Shown one piece after another: positions 39,248-46,011 of a stretch of 46,011 nucleotides of DNA. The DNA comes from an uncultured Methanosarcinales archaeon (GTDB taxonomy: Archaea > Nanobdellota > Nanobdellia > Woesearchaeales > JAGVZT01), in the NCBI GenBank assembly GCA_964419615.1, contig CAYQPU010000010.1, positions 1 through 46,011 on the forward strand, written 5' to 3'. The notes beneath the pieces were generated by a model. It was not told the origin of the DNA. It did no database searches and worked only from the letters and a program-made list of their open reading frames with translations. A program made the translations under genes and the position numbers. Numbering within the stretch: the stretch's first letter is position 1; every line of letters starts with the position of its first letter.

Positions 39248-39269
39248 GCATATATGAAAAATTTGTTTA

Positions 39270-39277
39270 TATATAAA
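39270..39277 (-). promoter_or_regulatory. TATA box for the leader-peptide/valS transcript
   Basis: TTTATATA; its first T is 30 nt from the uORF ATG, the same spacing as other apparently leaderless genes here. Confidence 0.6.
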
Positions 39278-39377
39278 ATTTATGTAAAATTCTTTCATCT
39301 AACAAAATTGATAAATTATACATAAATATATAATTCTAATTAGATTCTCTTTTGCTAAACAATTGACAAGTAAGACT

Positions 39378-39827
39378 ATGAATGCTCAAGATAAATTAAG
39401 GGAATTAAACATTTACTTAGATTCAATAGAAGCTGTTTTTCAAATATTTGAATCTTCTACAAATTACGCTAAGTTTGAAGATAACTGGAGAAAAAGTACA
39501 GTATATAATGCAACTGGACTGGATCAATTCTTAACTGCGTTTTTTTACAGGATTCAAGAAAAAGATGAAAGAATTGTAGTGGATGGTGTGAAAACTCTTG
39601 GGCAATACATGGATGAGCAAATAATAAAAGAATACTTAACAACAGATGGAGATCCTACCATGATCTTCTTCTCAGGTTACCCTGAAATTTCAATTGATAA
39701 AAGAAACAAGTTTTTTGATGAAGCTCGGCAATTTTCTTTAGATACTGTACGGGAGTATTTAGGTATTAAATCAACTAAACATCAATCCCATAATTATCAA
39801 ATAATAAATCCTCAACAGATTCTTTAA
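39378..39827 (+). CDS. Hypothetical protein
   Basis: About 150-aa ORF; its 3' end overlaps the convergent PolB-like gene by 53 nt. Confidence 0.6.
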   Translation: MNAQDKLRELNIYLDSIEAVFQIFESSTNYAKFEDNWRKSTVYNATGLDQFLTAFFYRIQEKDERIVVDGVKTLGQYMDEQIIKEYLTTDGDPTMIFFSGYPEISIDKRNKFFDEARQFSLDTVREYLGIKSTKHQSHNYQIINPQQIL

Positions 39828-42726
39828 TCCCCAAAGCCTTGCATAATTTCATCAAATTCCTGTTCTTTTCAAAAGCCCATTCAAGATAATATGGAATATG
39901 AGGAACTTGTGTCCAGGAATCTGGATCACATGCATCAACAACATTAACCTCAAGACTATGACCATCCATGCTACTCACAATCATTGTCCTACTCTGACCT
40001 CCCTCAAGTCCCATAAAATCTAAGATCTTAAATCTTCTTGTAGATCTAGATTTAATTGAATAATTTGGAGCATCTTTTCCAGGATTAAGTGTCATAAAAA
40101 ACTCTTCAGTAGGGAGTTTATCTAAATTTAGAATTTGGTCATGCAAGTACCCTTCAGCCCCTTCAGATCCTTCTTTGATAGAAGTGATAACAAGATCATG
40201 AATCCATTTATCATAAAAATTTGGATCGAATCCTTTTAGCATTGAATCAGGGGTATGCCTTTTTTTTGGTGTCTGCATTTTAAATCCAACAGAAGCAAGA
40301 TGACTTAATTCATCTTCTCTTAATTGATATGCAACACTTCCTCTAGCCATAGAAACAACATCACCTGCGCCAACAAAAATATAACCTAATTCTTCCAGCT
40401 CCTCAACCAGTCTAGGATCATTATCTACAAACAAATAATCTCCAGTGTAATTAATAATCTCAGCATTCTCTAAAGGCAAAACCAAATCATCCATAGATTT
40501 CCTAAATTCACTTAACAAAGTATTAGCATTATTCCCATATCCTCCTTGCGTACCATACCTGTAATAAAGTGCACCATCAGCTGGTGAGTCAGTTTCCATG
40601 GATGTTTTTGCATCAAGTAGATAATAGACAGCCAAATTGTCAAGAATCCTCTGAATAAAGATCCTCTCCATCTTATCATCGGACTCATTTAAAGTAGAGT
40701 ATAATTCGTTAAGTATTGGATGCTTAATTATTGTTGAAACAGATGTCTCTGTGAAAAAAGGAGTATAAAACAATGCAACATCCCTAAACAATCCTCTCTG
40801 ACATTTGAGTTTCTCCTCTGATACTCTTTCATAAGCCATTGAGAGTGCTCTTGTCTTACTCCTATCAAGATTAAATTTGTCATAATGATTTGAACTCACC
40901 CAGTTAGGAATTACCCCCTGTTCTTGGGAAAATTTCCTTTCCCAAACCAATGAAGCAACCTTTCTGGGAGTAGAGTGAAACAAAGTGTCAAATTGTATTC
41001 CAGTTATGTCTTCAACTTTCTCCATTATCGGAACTAACGCATTTATAATCTTTAGTTGATTTATTGTATCACCTGCACCATATTCAACTGCATCTCTTGC
41101 TCTATTAGCATCAGCCTCACCATCCTCAACAGCTAATTCCACTTGGTTGTAACCAGGGATAGATTTTTCAAATTCAATGCCTGCACCAGAAAAAAAATCT
41201 ATTGCAGCAGACAATGATTCAAGCGTGCCATCTAGTGTCAGCAGAGCCAAATGAAATCTTGCAGCATATAATGTATCTGCTCTAGGAATAGTACCATCAA
41301 ACTGAATTGGCCAAGCCTGTGACCTGAACTTAATGGGTGAATTATCATTATTCAAAAGACACATTTTTTGATCCTGTGTAAACAATTTAACAAACAAATT
41401 CTTTTCTCGAAGTTCCTGAGGCAATTCAGCAATAGCATTCGGATCTCTATTCGGATTCATTGATCTTGATGCATCATAACTCCAAGTGTTATGTCCTCCT
41501 GTTCTACTCAACTGAAACATCTGGTGAAACAAAGAAAAAGTTCTAACAACAAGATTTGCGTCAGGTTGCTGAATATACAACATTCTCTCACCAGATTCTA
41601 GTTCAACCCAATCAGAACCAATATCCAAATATCCAATTGCAACATCTGTCAAAGGCCATTCTATATCTGGTGGAAATTCAAACAAAGGACTCTCAAATTC
41701 TTCAATACCTTTATTTGCTGACAAAGCAATAAGCCACACCCTTGGATCAATGGGGATATTCTCATCTGGTGTTCTAATACTCCCTCTATAGCAAGTTGTT
41801 TCAATATCCCATGAACCATTGTTGTGAGCAGTATCATCCTTTCCATCCAAAAACTGAATCTGTGAAATATCATATCCTCTTAGTAAAATATCAAAAGAAT
41901 AATCCCTGAAATTAGGTCCAAATTCTCCTCCTAACTCAGTTATCAGAGCAAAAACATCACTATCAATCTCAATTAATTCCTGCATCAATGCTCCAACTTC
42001 ATGAGGTAAATCCCAAATATGGTCTTCAAAAGCTGACCTCAATTCTCCAACTCGATTTGATAAAGCCCGCTTTTTATCTGCTCGGATGCACCATAATTCT
42101 TCAATGTCAGGCGGCATTTCTTTTCTATTACCAACTAAAAAATCAATATACTCTTCAGAATCAGGACAAGCAATCCTCAGATCATCCTCTGCCCAAATTA
42201 TCTCTTGTTCAGAATCAAGCAAATAATAATCTCCAATAAGTCTCATTATCTTATGTGCTCTATCTTGAATTAGCATTGCTTGTACAATTCTATCATCAAT
42301 CTCAACTGGTTTTGTCCAATCAAAAAACAATCTTAACCATTCAGTGTATCCAATTGGTTTAGTACTAAAAAAATTATTAGGCACTCCCTCAGCTAAAACA
42401 TCCACTAGACTATTTGAGTTACCATAAGTTTCAATATGTACATGTCGTTTATTTTGGGAATAATGGAAATGTCTAATATCATATTTTTGTCCAATAATGC
42501 TCTTATCTAAATCCCTTTCTAATGTATCTTCAATAATCTGTGCAGTTATTTTATCAGAAGCAAGATTTGGATCATTCCGGCTCTCAATTGGAATAGGAGC
42601 ATGTGTTTGGTAAACTTTTGGCATTGGTACAGTGACCGGCCCCAAATTTTGATCCTGTTTTCTAAAATAAAGCTTAGCCCAAGGCATGTCTTCAAATCTT
42701 CGGGTAGAAACCTTCAAAACTCTCAT
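39775..42726 (-). CDS. Family B DNA polymerase-like protein with intact 3'-5' exonuclease motifs and inactivated polymerase motifs
   Basis: ExoI WDIETT, ExoII GHNTWSYD, ADTL, ExoIII YGAGD. Motif A region GLFRDVALFYTPFFT (no DFxSLYP), motif C IINYTGDYLFV (no YxDTDS). Thumb-like LNPGKDAPNY and PYYLE. Confidence 0.75.
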   Translation of the reverse strand: MRVLKVSTRRFEDMPWAKLYFRKQDQNLGPVTVPMPKVYQTHAPIPIESRNDPNLASDKITAQIIEDTLERDLDKSIIGQKYDIRHFHYSQNKRHVHIETYGNSNSLVDVLAEGVPNNFFSTKPIGYTEWLRLFFDWTKPVEIDDRIVQAMLIQDRAHKIMRLIGDYYLLDSEQEIIWAEDDLRIACPDSEEYIDFLVGNRKEMPPDIEELWCIRADKKRALSNRVGELRSAFEDHIWDLPHEVGALMQELIEIDSDVFALITELGGEFGPNFRDYSFDILLRGYDISQIQFLDGKDDTAHNNGSWDIETTCYRGSIRTPDENIPIDPRVWLIALSANKGIEEFESPLFEFPPDIEWPLTDVAIGYLDIGSDWVELESGERMLYIQQPDANLVVRTFSLFHQMFQLSRTGGHNTWSYDASRSMNPNRDPNAIAELPQELREKNLFVKLFTQDQKMCLLNNDNSPIKFRSQAWPIQFDGTIPRADTLYAARFHLALLTLDGTLESLSAAIDFFSGAGIEFEKSIPGYNQVELAVEDGEADANRARDAVEYGAGDTINQLKIINALVPIMEKVEDITGIQFDTLFHSTPRKVASLVWERKFSQEQGVIPNWVSSNHYDKFNLDRSKTRALSMAYERVSEEKLKCQRGLFRDVALFYTPFFTETSVSTIIKHPILNELYSTLNESDDKMERIFIQRILDNLAVYYLLDAKTSMETDSPADGALYYRYGTQGGYGNNANTLLSEFRKSMDDLVLPLENAEIINYTGDYLFVDNDPRLVEELEELGYIFVGAGDVVSMARGSVAYQLREDELSHLASVGFKMQTPKKRHTPDSMLKGFDPNFYDKWIHDLVITSIKEGSEGAEGYLHDQILNLDKLPTEEFFMTLNPGKDAPNYSIKSRSTRRFKILDFMGLEGGQSRTMIVSSMDGHSLEVNVVDACDPDSWTQVPHIPYYLEWAFEKNRNLMKLCKALGIKESVEDLLFDNYGIDV

Positions 42727-42750
42727 TATAAAGTAGTAAAAACAACAAAC

Positions 42751-42760
42751 TATTTATAAT
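42751..42760. promoter_or_regulatory. Bidirectional TATA box between the polB-like gene and the 360-aa/Cas4-like operon
   Basis: TATTTATAAT reads as a TATA on both strands, 28 nt from ATG 42781 and 33 nt from ATG 42726, in a 54-nt gap. Confidence 0.5.
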
Positions 42761-42780
42761 CTTTTTCATTCTAAGAGCAT

Positions 42781-43863
42781 ATGCACCAAGGAAGAGTACT
42801 TACTGATCCAATGGGAAATGGTCCTGGAAGAATGTTAGGATTGGCTAGCGCTTATGTTACAATCTCAGAAGACAAGACTTTTGAGAAAAATCCAGAACTA
42901 TTACCAGTACATAAAGAAGCAAAAGCTACTTTAGAAAACAATTTTGTAATGGGCCCCTTGGAGCAATACATCTTATACCATAATGCAATTTCATACCTAG
43001 ATGATTATCTTCGAGATTTATTTAGAGATTCAATTGTAATATTTGTTCCTAGTTTAACTGCCACATCTTATGAAGAAAAAAGAATTATTGGATCAGATGA
43101 ATTTAAAACAGAACTAATGCCTTATTCATCAAATAGAATTGGTGCAGATATAACAAGTCTTTTTAGTGTAATTGGCGCAAAACTAAGAGATATGTGTACT
43201 CAACTTCAAATTGATTATGAGCGTGATTTGTCATCAGGGGATTTTAGACCCGAGGAAGCTTCTAAGAATCTTTTATTTATTCCAGTAGCACCCTTCTTAT
43301 CAGTTGTATCTTTTGATGGACTAACAATAAGAAACATATTTGGTGAAAACATTGAGCTCAATGATGATACATATAACATAAGAGAACAGGTAAATGCTGT
43401 TATGGATCAAAAAGGAAAAATAACAATGGGTTCAACTGTTCTGGAAGGCATAACAGAAGCACCTTTTTATTGGTACCTTCCAAGTTTCATAGACAAGGAT
43501 GCTGCAGCAAGGTTTTATAGGAAACATGATATGACTTTTTCAGAATACAAATCGCAAGTTTCATTATACACAAGATATAATAGATTATTAATATCTGAAA
43601 TGTATGCACACCTAATAAGTTTGCTACCAGAAGAAACAGAAGTTGTTCCCTTCCTATGTAAAACTTCTCCATTAACAGACATCCTTCATCGAGCAGCCAG
43701 AAAAAATAATAGATTGCTGTATGACTTAAATATAATGGATAATGTGAAGGAACCAATAATGGGTGAAGCTTCACTTGGAGCAATTAATATTCTTCGCCAA
43801 TACATAATCCACCAAAGAGTGGGTCAAAGAAAAACTCTAAGAAGAGACACTTTTAGAAAATGA
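42781..43863 (+). CDS. Hypothetical protein, translationally coupled to the nuclease
   Basis: 360-aa ORF; ATGA overlap with the next gene. Confidence 0.7.
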   Translation: MHQGRVLTDPMGNGPGRMLGLASAYVTISEDKTFEKNPELLPVHKEAKATLENNFVMGPLEQYILYHNAISYLDDYLRDLFRDSIVIFVPSLTATSYEEKRIIGSDEFKTELMPYSSNRIGADITSLFSVIGAKLRDMCTQLQIDYERDLSSGDFRPEEASKNLLFIPVAPFLSVVSFDGLTIRNIFGENIELNDDTYNIREQVNAVMDQKGKITMGSTVLEGITEAPFYWYLPSFIDKDAAARFYRKHDMTFSEYKSQVSLYTRYNRLLISEMYAHLISLLPEETEVVPFLCKTSPLTDILHRAARKNNRLLYDLNIMDNVKEPIMGEASLGAINILRQYIIHQRVGQRKTLRRDTFRK

Positions 43864-45194
43864 GCAAAATTAAATCCTGTATGAAGTATCTAAGCATTGG
43901 ATGTTCTCTACCTCAGGGACCCCAAACATGCTATAGTGATGACTTTCCATGTATGGCAGACTATCTATCATATTTACCAAAGTTTTACAGAGAGACTTTT
44001 ATTGAGGATGCACGGATTGAAGGATATCGGATGATCGGTGCAGAAGATCTAATTTGGCAGCTTAACCACTATAATGCAATTATAAAAAAATCAGATCACC
44101 AAGAAGGCACTCTTAAACAATTAACTCAGAATAATCCCATCATACCTTGGGCTATCGCTGTTGCCCAAGATTTTCAGACCAAAGTGGATTCTTATATTCA
44201 TTATCATGGAAGACCTAGCCAATTTAGTTCATCAAAATGTCCTTTGTCAGTCCTAATGAGTAATCTAGATCAGGATAAGGTTCAGCAAACTACTGATCTT
44301 GAGATTTTGGAAGTTAGAGAAACTATAGCTGGCAGCATTAGGCATGATATCGCATCAGCACCCACATTAAGATACCTACAAACACCTTTAATGCATCAGC
44401 ATCCTGCATTCTGGGAATACAAAACATTAAGACAAGATTACACTGAAAAGAGAGTGGCATACATTTTATCACTCGATGAGATCACAGATAATGGTTTATC
44501 TGAAGATTTAGATAACCTATTTAATTTTATGAAAGGTGGCAAACTTAAAGGTCTGGAAGTTTGGGACATGACAACTTTTCAATATGAAAGAAGTCACTAC
44601 AAAGAATGGTTTGAATCTTTAGACATGAATTGGAGGGAATTTGGAATAAAGGAGTACGTATTCAAAGGAACTGCAGACTTAATTATGACTCTAGCAAATA
44701 CAGGTGAGATAATAATTGGTGACTGGAAAAGAGCAAGATTCCAAAAAAACTCATTTGACTTGCAAACTTCTCTTTATGCTTTGGCAATAGAACAAATGGC
44801 TTCAATGTTCTCGCCTCAATATCTATTAGTTCTTGGAATTAATCGGTTTGGTAATAAAACTGATGACTATAATCTACCATCATTACACATAAGACTGCTT
44901 GAAAGAGATGATATTCTTACCAAGACAGCTAAATTAAAAGCAGTGTTTCTTCATACAGTAATGGCTACACTCATAGATAATCCTTCTCACTTTTTGAAAT
45001 TAAGAGAACAGCAAAGAGTAATAAGGCCAAGCAAGTACAAAGATCACTCTGAAATGATGCATTGTGACGATCTTTTTACAGGAAGCGCATGTATCAATCA
45101 TAGAAACAATATGTGTCAAGCAGTCTCTGAATTTATCCAAGAAGGAGGAGATTTGAATGATTTATTAATTGAAGGTTTTCAGCCGTGGACCTAA
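43860..45194 (+). CDS. Cas4/RecB-like PD-(D/E)XK nuclease, possible Fe-S cluster
   Basis: FKGTADL...IIIGDWK...DLQTSLYALA; SKCP upstream and C-x8-C-x7-C at the C-terminus. Confidence 0.8.
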   Translation: MSKIKSCMKYLSIGCSLPQGPQTCYSDDFPCMADYLSYLPKFYRETFIEDARIEGYRMIGAEDLIWQLNHYNAIIKKSDHQEGTLKQLTQNNPIIPWAIAVAQDFQTKVDSYIHYHGRPSQFSSSKCPLSVLMSNLDQDKVQQTTDLEILEVRETIAGSIRHDIASAPTLRYLQTPLMHQHPAFWEYKTLRQDYTEKRVAYILSLDEITDNGLSEDLDNLFNFMKGGKLKGLEVWDMTTFQYERSHYKEWFESLDMNWREFGIKEYVFKGTADLIMTLANTGEIIIGDWKRARFQKNSFDLQTSLYALAIEQMASMFSPQYLLVLGINRFGNKTDDYNLPSLHIRLLERDDILTKTAKLKAVFLHTVMATLIDNPSHFLKLREQQRVIRPSKYKDHSEMMHCDDLFTGSACINHRNNMCQAVSEFIQEGGDLNDLLIEGFQPWT

Positions 45195-46011
45195 CCAAAA
45201 TGACCTTGGTTTGTTATATCCTCTAAATGCCTGAATGCTTTTTCTTCACCACCCCTTCTTTCTACATTAAAAATATAATAAGCCAAAGCAGCTTTTGTGA
45301 CTGGAGTCAAATTGTGACCATTATGGGCAAGTGTCCTTTCAATCATTCCAGGATCCTTACTAATAGCTTCAACAGAATGAGTAAAGTAATGATTACCTCT
45401 TTTTTTAAAAGATTCCTCTAGTTCAACAAACATATTATCTAATTTCAAATAACCAATAAGATGGTGTCTCTTATGCAAAGACCCCTCAAATTTATCAGTT
45501 GTCACATAGGCCAATATTCTGAAATCATCTGCTGCAAAATGTTTATCAACTTTGAGCTTTAATTCCTTTTTTAAACCAGAATAAAATGAAGTATGGGGAT
45601 CTTCATTTGGACACACACAAAGCAAATGCCTCCAACCTTGACTATAAACAGAACCAATCCCTCTTTGAGAAAGTACAATTGCATCCATAGTTTCAATTAA
45701 AACATCCAATTCCAGACCTGCTGATGGAATCCCTTGCCCATCAAAAGCTTGAGCATAATCTGGACTTTTGCATGCAACAACACTGGAATAATCAATTAAC
45801 TGAATTGGGAGTTCTAATCTTCCATCTTGAAACTGTGGATCAGAAGAGGGAGCAACAGTGGGCCCATCCCATAAAATTGATTTGTCTTTTTTGGAGTTTA
45901 GAGCGTGGCTTTGAGTTTCACGATCTCTATTAATGAAAAATTTTTTTCCAGTGGCTGTCTCTAACCTCCCTTTTGTATCTTGAATAACTTTCAACCAATA
46001 TTCTTTTCTAA
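45191..46011 (-). CDS. 5'-partial hypothetical protein, possibly a degenerate Nudix fold
   Basis: The frame stays open to the window edge (RKEYWLKVIQ). VLIETMDAIVLSQRG...YSQGWRH...GLKKELKL loosely follows the Nudix pattern but lacks a canonical Nudix box. Confidence 0.5.
   Translation of the reverse strand, partial: RKEYWLKVIQDTKGRLETATGKKFFINRDRETQSHALNSKKDKSILWDGPTVAPSSDPQFQDGRLELPIQLIDYSSVVACKSPDYAQAFDGQGIPSAGLELDVLIETMDAIVLSQRGIGSVYSQGWRHLLCVCPNEDPHTSFYSGLKKELKLKVDKHFAADDFRILAYVTTDKFEGSLHKRHHLIGYLKLDNMFVELEESFKKRGNHYFTHSVEAISKDPGMIERTLAHNGHNLTPVTKAALAYYIFNVERRGGEEKAFRHLEDITNQGHFG

Noticed and set aside
39195-39251. Alternative-frame uORF MHDTCCCSGGLSPSLCFL upstream of valS
   Set aside because: It is the shifted reading of the Val codons (TGT from GTT GTT), has no link to the downstream gene, and its ATG lies only 26 nt from the TATA.
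39775-45194. Casposon, pipolin or CRISPR adaptation module
   Set aside because: No cas1, integrase, terminal inverted repeats or repeat-spacer array are visible, and the polymerase active site is destroyed.
1-46011. rRNA genes, CRISPR arrays, IS elements
   Set aside because: No long GC-rich structured segment, regularly spaced repeats, transposase or integrase motif was seen.

Overview
Low-GC archaeal chromosome segment. The gene set (EF-1alpha, rpL1/P0/P1, rpS24e/S27ae, Rpo7/Spt4, AMP phosphorylase, tandem-domain Lrp) looks like a DPANN archaeon, most likely Woesearchaeota; this is an inference. Housekeeping blocks (uvrA-uvrC-uvrB, tuf-rps10, rpl1-rpl10-rpl12, valS, PIN-rpoE-spt4-rps24e-rps27ae) alternate with lineage-specific accessory genes, many of which look like degenerate enzymes. 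Highlights missed by the ORF track: (1) a probably leaderless 9-codon uORF, MTHVVVVVA, directly upstream of valS, resembling a valine-sensing attenuator; (2) a tRNA-Ser(GGA) split by three introns, including a highly structured 191-nt intron at 59/60, with a duplicated 3' end bounding a toxin-antitoxin islet; (3) a module of a polymerase-dead but exonuclease-intact family B polymerase, divergently co-promoted with an unknown protein and a Cas4/RecB-like nuclease; (4) a cluster of four divergent SAM methyltransferase-like genes; (5) an L1 autoregulatory RNA element; (6) rpS27ae, a small Zn-finger ORF and two frameshifted genes. No rRNA, CRISPR array, integrase or transposase was recognised. All family assignments come from motif recognition by eye, not from database searches.
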